Under the pieces are notes generated by a model. It saw only the letters and a program-made list of their open reading frames with translations. It made no database searches and was not told where the DNA came from. Position numbers and translations under genes: made by a program. 64,000 nt of DNA from Octopus vulgaris (Eukaryota): assembly GCA_951406725.2 (NCBI GenBank), contig OX597820.1:4712001-4776000 (forward strand). Reading direction: 5' to 3'. Shown piece by piece: positions 51,332 through 64,000 of this stretch. Each line of letters starts with the position of its first letter. Position 1 is the first letter of the stretch.

Positions 51332-53893
51332 GCATGCATATTTGTTTTGTTGTCTTCTTTCATGGTTTTCATCATCAAAGCTCTGATTTGTGTGTTATTT
51401 AATTTTGACTTACATATTTTGTTAATATACATACACTGGATGTATACATCTAAATTGTTCACATACTTATACATACTGTTAAAGTTGCCTTTTACACGTC
51501 ATCATACACACTAATACATGAAACAAAAAAGAAAAGGGAAAAAAAAGTTACATCTACAGTTCTACAAACTGTACAACATTGACACTCACTCATGTATATA
51601 TATTTTATGTATATATATTGACACTTTCTTCACAGCAGCTAAAACAGATAAAATATGGAATCCGGTCAGTTGTACGAGTGGTGTGAACTGATCAGATGAG
51701 AGAAGATCTAATGATATCAAAGTCCAGGTTTGTTAGACTCAATTGGGTCATTGAAAACACTGGTCAGACTGGCCAGAGACCACTTTGGTCACTTGACTGT
51801 GATGGTCAAACAGCAGTTTTTAGAGACTAGAGTCATTCAGTCCAGTTTAACGTGAACAAAACTACTTATGGTCATCTCAAGTCCATAGGTTACAATGGTC
51901 TCCGAGACTGCAGTGGTCAAAGAGACTTGTTGAATCTTATGGTGGTCAGTGGCAGCAATGGTCAGTTAGATGGAGATCTAATAATTGAAAGATGGACAGG
52001 TGGTGGGGTGAAAGATCAAAAGGATAAAAGGTTCCCCAATTAAAAGTCAGGCATGAATCGAGAACAGATAAATTGTATTGGAGGGAAAAACATAGTCCAG
52101 TGTCCAGAGATGAGCAGGACAACGGTTGTGGGAGGGAGTTGTTGAATTTCCCCAAACAATTCTGCTGCTCATTGAGGCATGTTTAACTTAGGACAGTCAC
52201 CCGATGATGGTGATGCGAGAACCTGCATTCTCTTCCCTCCGGCTGGTACTGTGTATGGCTCTGGTGTCAAATATAGAGCAACTGCCTTAGACAAGGAGAA
52301 TGCACAGCTACACGTTGATGGCAGGAATCGGATGTGGACCGGAGCAAGGGTCCACTAACCTCAGGGGTGTACAACGATGGGGGAAATGTCACAACGAACA
52401 TGTGGCTAACTTGATATGGCAGAAGATTTAATGTAGCATTGTTAATTCCCACCCTACAGCAACTGCTACATGAACATGTGGCTGGTTACTCACTCCATGA
52501 TTGCTGTGCACACACATATAGCTGGTCAGTTGACCATTGTGAGGTTAACTTGTGGCAGAGTTTGTATGAAGTTACAATGTGCATGGAGTTTAGCCAGTCA
52601 CCACATGTAGATAAATGTCTCCACAGGGCTGTACAAGTGGACAATAATAATCTTGTATTTTATAAAAAGGTTTTGAAATCTCATCCAAAAGTGTTTCATT
52701 TTTAGCCAAAAAGTGCCTCTAAACCCATCCATATTAATATAAACACAAAGAGAGCAACCACTTCCAAACCCAAGCAGTAATTCCAGCCCATGTTCTTGGT
52801 GGGAGCTGCTGCAATAAACCATTTAGAATTTGGTCAGTGTGTGTGTGTGTGTGTTTTATAAATGAAGGTTTTGTATTAAAGTAGAAAAGGAAAATAGGAT
52901 GCAAATTTTCAGAATATCAAAACTATGTTGAAAGATTAAAAGGTTTTAGTGTAATTCTTCCCATGTTAACTTATTGGGCCTCCTTCGGTTACCGGACATT
53001 TAGACTTGTGTTTATGTGAGAGACATTACAAGAAAGGGTCATATATAACAGAGGTATTTTGTGTTAGGGGTTATGTTTATCACATCAAGTGCCAATGAGG
53101 TTTCTTTGTTAGGGGGCCACTAAAGTGTCGCGTTAAAAACAAAGCTAACCCCTTACAATAATGATGTACTGAAAGTATACTTTTGAATCTGTAGAAAGTT
53201 AATTTAAGGATGTCCTTAATTAAGATTTAATTTAGTGGGGGTTAGAACACGTTTGTGGAATATGCAAATATGATTGCAAACCTCAGGTTTGTAAATGAGC
53301 ATACTACCCAGAGAAACATGTCTCATGTCTGCTTGATGCTATGAAAGTGCAGTTAAGGGCTCCCCAAGGTTCATGAAGGGTTTGACTTCCAAAGACACAC
53401 ACACACACACATATACAAGAACATACACACACACAGAGTTGTCATTGAAATATTTTCTGACCCAACTTTTTATACAAGATGCAGTGATGTTTTTTAGTTT
53501 CTCAGCAATTCAAGAATCTTCTAACAGCAAACCTCTCAGTAAGCAACATGTCACCTTGGCTCATACATATTTCTTCTCCATTTTACAATTTATACATCTT
53601 TTATTACATTTTTTTTCAAACTTTTTTTTAATGAAATTAAACACAAAATTCCTAAAAATCCCCCCCCCCCCCAATTTATAACTGGAATCCAAGTATTCTT
53701 CTACCCCAGGGCTAACACATCCCGTTCCAGGCTGATGTCCACCCACCCTCCACTCTGACAATTCTTTATTATCCACAGGTGCCTTGTCTTTTAATTCTTT
53801 TTGCAGGGTCTGGACCGACATCCAGCCATTTGGCTGTTCTTTTTATGACCATCTATGGCTCTCCATACAAATACACAGTGATACTTTTATGCG

Positions 53894-53935
<42 letters not shown>

Positions 53936-54625
53936 ACACTTAGCTTTTAGTAAGTGTACATGCACACATAATTTTTTTACCTGCATATATATATATATAC
54001 ACCAGATATAAACACTCACACACAGAAGCACTGGATGGTTTTGTTGTGAAATCATTAACCGAGAGTATCTCTACATGTGTTTCAGTAATGTTAGTAAGAC
54101 TGGAATCACATAAGGCTACCGTTTCTAATATTAACTCTGATAATGTGTTGACGTACTAACTACATGATGCTGGCCCCTGACATCCGGTCACCACTGAAAC
54201 CTGTATAAAGATGCCAAAGGAACCGATGATTTCTCAACAAAACTGTCCAGCCTTATTATTTCTATGTAGTTATATACTCTGTGGTCTTTGTAATCCCAGA
54301 AACTAGAAGCAAGAAATTAGGACTAAAATCTGCCAATTCTCTTCATCGGTTTCTCTCTTACACCGTAGAGCCACATGAAGTATTCCAAACACTGGTTGTG
54401 TATCTCATGCAGCTTAATTTACATTATGTGTGTGTGTGTGTGTGTCTAAAATATATATGTGTGTGTGTACACATAATTCTTTCATGTTTTTTTAGACAAG
54501 TATGGAATTATATGCATGTACACATATATATATATATATTTAAACTTATATATACATACATATGTATAGATATCTACGATTGTATGCATTCATATGTGTA
54601 TATTTATTACACACAGTTTTGAAGG

Positions 54626-54688
<63 letters not shown>

Positions 54689-54978
54689 GCATCAATACAT
54701 ACGAACTGAACACTTGGTTCTCACATTGGTTATTATTATTATTATTCCACTCAGGTTGATGTTTTTTTTCCTTTCATCCTTTTGTGGGGGGGGGGTCAAT
54801 GAAACAAGTACCAGTTAAACATCAGGGTGGATGTAATCATCATCCACCCCCACCCCACCCACCAAAAAAATTACTTGTGCTAGAAAGGATTATGATTATT
54901 ATTATTATTGTGGTTGTTGTTATTGTTGGTGCTCAATGTTAGAGCATTGGGTTGAGACGAACAGGTTTGAGGTTAACC

Positions 54979-54992
54979 GTTTCCATAGCAAC
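54979..54992. promoter_or_regulatory. RFX X-box-like motif
   Basis: GTTTCCATAGCAAC, a consensus-like X-box inside the putative 3' UTR. Confidence 0.4.
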
Positions 54993-56656
54993 TGTTACAG
55001 TTCTCTCTATTCACTTCATGCATGTGAAAGTCTTGAAAGGATTCTTTTAGTTTCCTTTCACTCGATGTGTTTTGGGGTTTATTGAAGAACACTTTCACTA
55101 AAACAAAGTATTGCACATATTACCTGCAGGGGTCATTTAGCCCTTGGTCAGACTTCAAGCAGATCAAAGCTATTCCAACCATGACCATCTTGTTCAACAT
55201 CTAGAACTACATTCTCTAATGGGTCCTTTCATTTTAATGGCAATTGGATGTGATATGTGGATGGGCTGACTGCTGTTTCTTGCATGGTAATTGACTGCAT
55301 AGAAAGACCCTCGTTAGATCAGCTGTGATGTGCAGGAGAGAAATGGGGCCACAGAGGGGTCACCCTTGAGCTAATTTGTTTAGAAAAGAGATTTCAGTGT
55401 TGAGCCCTTTATGTCATTTCAAACTTTGTGTTCAACAATAGTAGTAATAATAATAATAACAACAACAACAACAATAGTGTTTCAATGTGAGAAAAAAGGG
55501 GTCAGTTTTTTTTTTTTCTTTTTAAGTTATTAAATAAGCCAAACTCTAAAATTGTGTTTATGTAGAATTGGTGTCACAGATCTTCACCTAAACACACATT
55601 ACACATATTTTATGTAACTTCAGACCCTTGAAAATTAAAAGTAGACCCAACTATGAAGAAAAAAAGGCAGTCAAGATTTGGATGAAAATTATTTATTTAG
55701 TTCTTTCATGTCTTTGAGGGAATTCGTCAGGAATGATTTCATAAAGAAAATTCTTACCTCTTATATATACGTAAGTGGGCAAAAAAAATCTGGAATTGAA
55801 TGTGTTTTTGGGGGTTCTGGAAATGACAAAGAACGTCTCAAATAACCAGACCCCAAAGCACCTTGTTGCCAAAATCCAAGGAAACAAATTCCACTCAGAT
55901 TTTTTTCAATTTACTCACACATATATGTGAAAGGTATCATCTACAAGACATCATTCATGATGAACCCCTAGTAAAAAGGGGACAAAAAGCACTATAGTAC
56001 CTTTCATCCAAATCTGATTACCTCCTTTTTTTTCTTAATATATAAAATCTGCACATGATATATATATATATATCTTTTATACATACATACGTATACACAT
56101 AGTGGTTGTGATGGAGACACTGTTTATGGTGGCATCGACTGTCACAATCTTTTATAGAGTGATTTTTGTGGATAATTTCTACAGATTTTTTTTTGTTGTT
56201 GTTGTTTCTGTTTACAATATATATATTTTTTTTTTGCAACAGATTTTTTTTTTAAATGATAATATAAATGTACAAATAATGATGGTGTAATTTTAACCCT
56301 AAAAAAAATGTGTTAACTAACAACAACAATAGTAATTAATAATAATAATAATAATAATAATACAGTTATAATAAAATTAATGATAACATTGATGATGACG
56401 ATAATAACAATAATAATATTAATAATGAAAAAGAAAAAGAAGCAAGCAAAACAACATATCTTTTGTGTTCTAAGAATTGGGGACAAAAGCCTTAAGTCAA
56501 TTAAAAAAAAAAAAAAAAACGAAACAAATGACACTCACAAACCTTCGTCCTCTCTTCCATGGTTTTTTTTTTATATAAAAAGACAAATTTGCTCTTTGTT
56601 TTGTTGTTTGTTTGAGGATATGTGAATAGTTTCTTCTATATTTTTGTAAGAAAGTA

Positions 56657-56662
56657 AATAAA
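56657..56662 (+). terminator. Candidate polyadenylation signal AATAAA
   Basis: AATAAA with upstream U-rich sequence and downstream tttatttatt...ttttgtgtgtttctg; lies at the edge of the CpG-depleted domain. Confidence 0.5.
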
Positions 56663-56868
56663 AATCATCCAAGATTTTCTGTTTAATTCAGACTTATCTT
56701 TTTATTTATTTATTTATTTTTTTGTGTGTTTCTGCAGCTGTTTTTGGTTCTTTTACTCTTTGCCTGTCCCATTGCACCACATAAGATGCAGAGGACGCAT
56801 ATCATTAATATATATATATATATAAATATATGGCCATTGTTATCATTAATATATATATATATATATAT

Positions 56869-57060
56869 GGCCCTCGTGCTGGTGGCATGTAAAAGCACCC
56901 ACTACACTCTCGGAGTGGTTGGTGTTAGGAAGGGCATCCAGCCGTAGAAACTCTGCCAGATCAAGATTGGAGTCCGGTGCAGCCATCTGGTTCGCCAGAC
57001 CTCAGTTAAAATCGTCCAACCCATGCTAGCATGGAAAGTGGACGTTAAACGATGATGATA
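56869..57060 (+). mobile_element. Family C short retroelement tail with (GAT)n end and long flanking direct repeat
   Basis: GTTAGGAAGGGCATCCAGC...AACCCATGC.AGCATGGAAAG.GGACGTTAAACGATGATGAT. Flanked by ATGGCCATTGTTATCATTAATATATAT at 56830-56856 and 57061-57087. Other copies at about 35475-35630(-), 41160-41410(-), 44470-44680(+). Confidence 0.8.
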
Positions 57061-57564
57061 ATGGCCATTGTTATCATTAATATATATCTCTATATATATA
57101 TATATATAATACACATTCACATTGTTTTACAACCCATCAGACTGACTTGGGACTTAAGTGTCATACTACTCAGAACCCATGAAACAAAGGCTAAGAAAAA
57201 GAGTGAAAACAATCGCGGAGAAACATATGGAAGTGTTTTTGAGAGGCAAAGGGTTAGGGTTAAGAAGTTTGCTTCCCAAGCACACGGTTTCAGGTTCAGT
57301 CCTACTGCATGGTACCTTGGGTAACTGTCTTCTACTAAAGCTCTAGGCCGACCAAAGCCTTCTCAATGGATTTGGTAGGCGAAAATCGAAAGAAACCCAT
57401 CGTGTGTGTGTTGTTCTCCATCATTCCTTGACAACCGGTGTCGGTTTGTTTGCTTACTAAGAAACCGATAAAATAAGTACTAAGATCAATTCGTTCGACT
57501 AAAATCTATCAAGGCGATGCCCCAGCATGGCCACAGCCTAATAACTGAAACAAGTGAAAGATAA

Positions 57565-58330
57565 TCTCTCTATATATAAACGGCAAAATGTCTGTGTGTG
57601 TCCCCTTTATACAAATCCACAATTTTTCAGTTAGAGGGCTCGCACTTTCTATGGTCATTCAAAACTGTCCAAGGGTGGTCGTGCACATCTTTACACTTCC
57701 CCAGTCACCCAACAAAGCCATTAAAAAATCAATAGAAGTGACTTTTTTGTGAATTTTCTATCAAAATGCCCGAAACTTGATACGCGAATTGAATGCCAGC
57801 TAGCTGTATGCGATTGGTCGGAGATTTGGACAGTTCTCGCGTGTATGTGCGTACGCACGCAGCTGTATATGTATGCACTAGCACTATGATGAAACAGCCG
57901 GCGATGCTTGAACTTGGAAAGCAACACCTCATTACGTGGTACACCACACACACACGTGTTTCTCTCTCTCTCTCTCTCAATATCGTGAATATAAGCGATC
58001 AAGAAGCAATGTTAAGCGAGAAAGGTTTCTTTAGCAGCGTAATGCTATTCAGACCGGACCTGTTTTGAGATATCTTCTGGGTGGAAGCGCGTTTGTATTG
58101 TTCAACAAACGATGGAAACAGATAAATACCTGACGCTGGGGTTAAAGTGAAGTGGTGCGTGTAATGTTTGAGATTAATTCTAGGATTTTAATTCGGTAAA
58201 GGAACATGATGTATTGTAAAATTATAAGTGTGAAAAATGGAAAAAAAGCAGAGTGGTCGATGATTCGAAGACGAAATAAAAATGTTGATTGGAAAAAGTT
58301 CGAAGAGTCTCAAGACAACAGGTTTCCATC
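57565..58330 (+). mobile_element. Possible non-autonomous Helitron-like element
   Basis: Starts A|TCTCTCTATATATAAACGGCAAAATGTCTGTGTGTG, a Helitron-like 5' end; CpG-rich body; the 3' hairpin/CTAG end was not located with confidence. Confidence 0.35.
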
Positions 58331-58734
58331 TTATTCCATATTGTAACTTTCAACTGCCTACCTGAGCCATACCATCCAGCACTCACCTCCAATTATTATA
58401 ACTGAATATTTAAATTAAATTAAGAAATCTTGAGTAATTAAAATTAGAATAACGCATGCGCTAAAGGGAAGACCATCTTGATCACCAGAGCTAATATTAA
58501 TATTTTTTTTTCAACTCAACAACCTAATGGTATTTAAGCGGAACTAAAAGAATGAGATAGTAAGATGACTTCTGAGATGACCTGGAACCGTTTTTGATTT
58601 TATAGTTCAGCGAGGAAAGATAACTACGAACATATTTCAATCGTATTAAACTTCTTCAGCGAATCGTATCCATTAGTTGCTAGATCAGTGATTAGAGACA
58701 ACAACCCCCCCACTATATACATATAACGATTTCA

Positions 58735-59818
58735 AATTTTGTCACAAGATCAGCAGGACGAAAGGCAAAAATCGACATCGGCGGAATTTGAACTCAGAAC
58801 GCAAAGACGGACGAAATACCACTTAGCATTTTGTCCGGCGTGCTAACGATTCTTTTCTACTCCTGGCACAAGGCCCGAAATTTTTGGGGAATGAGCCAGT
58901 CGATTTGCTTGACCCCACTACGCAACTAGTACTTAATTTATCGACCCCGAAAGGATGACAGGCAAAATCGACCTCAGCGGAATTTGAACTCAGAACCCTA
59001 GCGACGGGCAAAATACCTATTTCTTTACTCCCCACAAGGGGCTAAACACAGAGAGGACAAACGGATTAAGTCGATTATACCGACCCCAGTGCGTAACTGG
59101 TACTTATTTAATCGACCCCAGAATAATGAAAGGCAAAGTCGACCTCGGCGGAATTTGAACTCAGAACGTAGCGGCAGACGAAATACTGCTAAGCATTTCG
59201 CCCGGCGTGCTAACGGTTCTTTTCTACTCCTAGCACAAGGCCCGAAATTTTGGGGAATGGGCCAGTCGATTTGAATAACCCCAGTACGCAACTAATACTT
59301 AATTTATCGACCCCGAAAAGTCGACCTCGGTGGAACTTAAACTTAGATCGGAGCGATGGGCGAAATGCCGCTACGCATTTCGTCCAGCGTGCTAACGATT
59401 CTGCCAGGTCACCGCCTTATATACACATATGATAATGTTGATTTGATAAGGTGAGAGCAAAATGAACATGGGATGACATATATCAGTATTGTGATTTAAG
59501 GGTCTGTCACTGATTATTTCTGTGTGTAAAGACCAGGCAAAAGGACTAAATTGGAACAATATTTAAGCTGGATTCATCATTTGTCTTTTTCTTTACTACC
59601 CACAAGGGGCTAAACATAGAGGGGACAAACAAGGACAGACAAACGGATTAAGTCGTTTACATCGACCCCAGTGTGTATCTGGTACTTAATTTATCGACTC
59701 CGAAAGGATGAAAGGCAAAGTCGACCTCGGCGGAATTTGAACTCAGAACGTAACGGCAGATGAAATACGGCTACGCATTTCGCCCGGCGTGCTAACGATT
59801 CTGCCAGCTCGTCGCCTT
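58735..59818 (-). mobile_element. Cluster of about five Meta-domain-like tRNA SINEs (family B)
   Basis: Repeated GAGCTGGCAGAATCGTTAGC...GAGTTCAAATTCCGCCGAGGTCGACTTTGCCTTTCATCCTTTCGGGGTCGATAAATTAAGTACCAG on the minus strand. Further copies at about 2840-2905, 7740-7940, 46595-46757, 47430-48228, 62607-62790. Confidence 0.88.
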
Positions 59819-61121
59819 TTCATCATTTCTCATTGAAGACAAATGAAAAGATTAAATATTGCAACACTAAAGAAGGTCAGTTAATCCTGCTGTTGGTTAG
59901 AATTTCTGTAATATTTCGAGTCTCTAAGATGTCGTATATGAACAAGCGTTTCAGGGATGGCGGCTTCTTGCACCAGTTTCTTAACACACCTGTAATCCAA
60001 AGACGCCACACAAAGCTTCCCCTGAAGAGATAATTAGAGCAGATGTTGCTGGGAAGTTCATTAAGATGTCTTCGTGAATGGTCGTTCTTACTTCCGACTG
60101 TTTCCACCCAGCTTGTCACGTGTTCTCTGACCAATATATACCAACTGGGATGATTAGAAGCAATCTAATTAACAAAATGTAATTGAATATCAACAAAAGT
60201 AATTTCCTACACAAGAACTCATCAAAGAAAACTAATTATGGTTGTTAATTGTAAAACTATGTTAAGGAAGCCGAGAGTTCGACGATGACTTACAAGTTAG
60301 TTACTAGGTTTGTTTAGTTAATTAACAGTAGTCTAATTACATCTTACCACACATACCCCGATATCTTATCCGACTACCCCGATATCTTGCGTGTAAATAG
60401 ATAGATCGGTTACAGAGAATGTATGTGTATGGGATGGGAGGGGGTGATAGTACCTTAAACTATTTAGATAGTCAGAGAGGGGCTAGGGTGATGCCCGTAG
60501 CCTTTCCAGGGTCTCTAGTAATGGTGGGAAGTTAAAAGTTATATTGGAGATTGGAAACATGTATCAAATTCTTGTAACACAGTGGATTACAATAAAGGCC
60601 TGTAAGGACCAGGGGTTGGTATTTCAATAAAGGACTGTAAGGGCCAGGGGCCAGTGGTCGATAGATTAGGTCTATCGCCTAAGAACATGAACTACTCCTC
60701 TGCCGGGTTTCTCCACAGTTTTCATTAAATTGTACTCACTAGGTGCATGTCCATGATATTTTATCTTCCAAATGAAAGGGAAAATGTTTTCTTTCCTGGG
60801 AGACGCCCAAACGAAAAGAATTGGACTGCACAAAGCAGAGCAAACACAAAAGGTAAAAAGAAAATGTAAAAAGAAAAAAATCTTAAAGAAACACAATAAA
60901 AAAATATGACGCAAAATGAAAACAAATAACATTCCAAGAGAAAAACAGAGCAGAAAACGGGTTTGACGACAACAACAATGAGAAGAATAACAGCAACGAA
61001 CATGAAAGATATAACGTCAAACGAGAATAAGGAAACAAAAAGCATTCTCATAAACATGCTTTCAACAACAACAACAACAACAAATGAAAAAAAAGGAAAG
61101 AAAAAAACTAAATATGGAATA

Positions 61122-61548
61122 TTCTTTTATTTGTTTGTCCTTTGACTGAGGCCATGCTGGAGCACCGCCTTTAGTCGAACCAATCGACCCCAGGACTTAT
61201 TCTTTGTAAGCCTAGTACTTATTCTATCGGTTTCTTTTTGTCGAACTGCTAAGTTACACACCAACATCGGTTGTCAAGCGATGGTGGGAGAACAAACATA
61301 GACACAAATACATACATACATACACACACGCACACACACACACACACACACATGCATATAATATATATATATATACACGACGGGCTTCTTTCAGTTTCCA
61401 TGTATCAAATCTATTCACAAGGCTTTGGTCGGCCCGAGGCTGAAGCTATAGTAAAAGACACTTGCCCAAGGTGCCACGCAGTGTGACTGAACCCGGAACC
61501 ATGTGGTTGGTAAGCAACCTTCTTACCACACGGCCACTCCTGCGCCTA
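61122..61548 (-). mobile_element. Family A SINE, near-intact copy
   Basis: Colinear with the 21.7-kb copy; CpGs retained. Confidence 0.9.
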
Positions 61549-63392
61549 GTCAACTTTTGGTGATGTGTAGTTGGGCGGATTTACTATGAAAATACAAGGT
61601 TTTCTGACCCCGCTCAAAACAACATCAGAACTTTGCTGAGTGTAAAAAGAAGGACTTAAAATGGAAAAGAAATGGGTGCAGAAAGTCCAATTGTTATATT
61701 TGTAACAATAAAAGCCATTTTAAGTGTTTTTGTCCAGACGGTCCGAAAGAACGGAAGCAATAAGAACAAATGATACATGTCACCGATCCTGAGATGGCAT
61801 CGGGTATAAATTTGGGAGACGTAAAAAGATTGTCGCGTTCCCATTGCCAGGAACGAACTGCGAAACTCTTTGTCTCCCAGTCACAACTAGCGACAACTCA
61901 CCTACAGCAACAACAACAACGACGGTGAGAACTAAGCGAATTGGAAGTACTCTTCTTATAAAGAGGAGGGAGCCAACGTCTTGTTAGAAGGATCCAGTTT
62001 CGTCTTGGTTGAACGAAATGACTTTTACAGTCCTTCACAAAGCTAGGATCTGACGAGATGCTTATACGACATTCACCAGGAATTTCCAGACGTAATCTGG
62101 ATCGGAATAGAAATGGCATCAAATTCCAAACTGTATAAAAAAGAGAATATTAAAAAAACCTTTCGTGTAGAAATTCTGAAATGTTATGTTGACAACGATC
62201 CACAAGACATTGTCCTTCACTTGTGCACTTCACGGAAGATACGGGAATATCACAGTAGTTTTATTTACTAAGATGGCAAAGCGAATGCATTAATAGTAAC
62301 GCGGGGTATCTAGGCAAAAGGATTTTAAAATTGTATATAGATAGCTTGTTTTAATTGTTGCATTTTATTGTGTATTTTTGGTTTTTGCATTCCGTTAAAA
62401 AATTTGTGTCTTTTTATAAATCTTTAAAAGCAGTCTCATGAATATTGTAAAATGTTTTTCAATCCAGCCCTCGTCTTTGTATATTTTCTCCGCCACACCT
62501 ACACCTCTTTGTAAAACCCTCTCTCTAAGGCTTGTTTTTTCGAAATATTTTTGTATCTCTGAGCTCTTTTGGTTATATATTATTATTATTATTATTATTA
62601 TTATTAAGGCGGTTATCGGCATTTCGCCCGTCGCTACGTTCTGAGTTCAAATTCCGCCGAAGTCAACTTTGCCTTTCATCCTTTCGGGGGTCGATAAATT
62701 AAGTACCAGTCAAGCATTGGGGTTGATGTAATCGACTTATTTCCCCTCCTTAAAATTGCTGGCCTTGTACCAAAATTTGAAACCATTATTATTAGAATGT
62801 CAAAAATACCCAGAATCTGGTCACCCATGCCTTTAAGTTAACAAACTGCGTTGATAATTCGTTAAACAAACAACCATGAAACTTAGAGAGGAAGTGACCC
62901 AAGTGAAATATTAAACGAGATTTGATTAGATTTGATTGAGTTGTGTTTTATCTTTTGTCGTAATATCTTAACGTTGAATCAGAGATTTCGGAAGCTGAGG
63001 ACTTTAACCTCCTAACACTTGAAACCTCTCCTCATTGTGTTGTGGTGACTTGTCAAACTATATCGGTTGTAAAATAGATTGTGAACTTTAACAGGAGATA
63101 ACAACTTGTTGTTGTTATTGCTGTTCGTCCCCAGGTCAGGCCTGATTTCGCACATTTATGAACAAATATATTGCCAAGCCTTCGTTATCCGGTCGATTTT
63201 TAAGGCATTGTGTACCCAAGGCTACATTATTCTAGATGCAACGTTTCTTTCTCTTTTGAGGATGGTAAGTTCTGTGTGAGTGGTCACGTAAAGGTGTGTT
63301 GGTCATTACAGTAATACAACACCGCTGTGCGTGTGTCGGGGAGAGAGAGAGAGAGAGTGCTTTTGGTCGGCGGAAACTAAAAGAAGCCCGTC

Positions 63393-63461
<69 letters not shown>

Positions 63462-63503
63462 TGTGTGGTGTGTATGACGGGCTTCTATTTACATATGTAT
63501 ATA

Positions 63504-63743
63504 CAGGGTTGGCCAAAAGTCACCTGACAGTAAAACAACGTCCATTTAATTCCAAGATTAAAACAAAAAAATTATTTTATGAGATTTCTCTAATAAATTG
63601 ACAAATGTTGAAGAAAAAAGACAGTGATTTTAACTCACGGCATTCAATCATTAAACATTCATAATTGGAACGAATAAATAAAATTGAATATTAAATATTT
63701 ATAGAATTTTGAGTCAATGTCGGGTGACTTTTGGTCAAGCCTG
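63504..63743. mobile_element. Tc1/mariner MITE
   Basis: TA-CAGGGTTGGCCAAAAGTCACCTGACA...TGTCGGGTGACTTTTGGTCAAGCCTG-TA; inserted in the microsatellite of a SINE. Confidence 0.9.
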
Positions 63744-64000
63744 TATATACATGTGTATGTTTTGTGCGTGTGCTTGCCCACCCCACGATTGCTTGACAAC
63801 CGATGTTGGTGGATTTACATCCCAGTAACTTAGCGGTTCGGCAAAATATTTCGACAGAATTAGAACTTACAAAGTCCTGGGGGTCGATTTGTTTGATTAA
63901 AGGCAGTGCTCCAGCATGGCCACAGTCAATGACTGAAACAAGCAAAAGAATAAAAAATATATATACGACGGGCTTCTTTCAGTTTCCGTCAACCAAATCC

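Larger units (their letters stand above)
50139..56680 (+). other. Probable long 3' UTR of the ETS gene
   Basis: Largely unique, U/A-rich, CpG-poor sequence after the stop, with few intact SINEs. Ends at an AATAAA followed by a U/GU-rich tract, after which intact CpG-rich repeats resume. Confidence 0.55.

Noticed and set aside
53779-53785. miR-124 seed match GTGCCTT in the UTR
   Set aside because: A single 7-mer in about 6.5 kb is expected by chance; no conservation data.
61900-62140. Possible exon or Mutator-like transposase fragment (FTKLGSDEMLIR)
   Set aside because: Similarity is too short and weak to support without a database search.

Overview
Eukaryotic, AT-rich, microsatellite-saturated DNA whose SINE and microsatellite landscape looks like an octopus (coleoid cephalopod) genome; this assignment is inferred and was not checked. 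Almost all ORFs in the supplied track are (TA)n/(CA)n artefacts. One real gene can be assembled by hand on the + strand: an ETS transcription factor of the E74/ELF family with six coding exons (39633-39761, 41759-41836, 44337-44429, 47315-47371, 48841-49033, 50030-50138), at least 219 aa, with a C-terminal ETS domain. Its first coding exon is unresolved. There is a candidate promoter near 21.1 kb (overlapping ETS-CRE motif) and a probable 3' UTR of about 6.5 kb ending near 56.66 kb. CpG decay in repeats between about 22 and 57 kb independently outlines this transcription unit. The rest is three or four SINE families, LINE remnants (CR1-like, RTE, R4-like), hAT/piggyBac/Tc1 MITEs with intact target-site duplications, and a 39-unit, 34-bp minisatellite. 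The most unusual signal is a set of about ten Penelope-type minimal hammerhead ribozyme motifs in short insertions. One of them is a 436-bp element with a tRNA-derived head, a hammerhead tail, head-to-head duplication and a 13-bp TSD.
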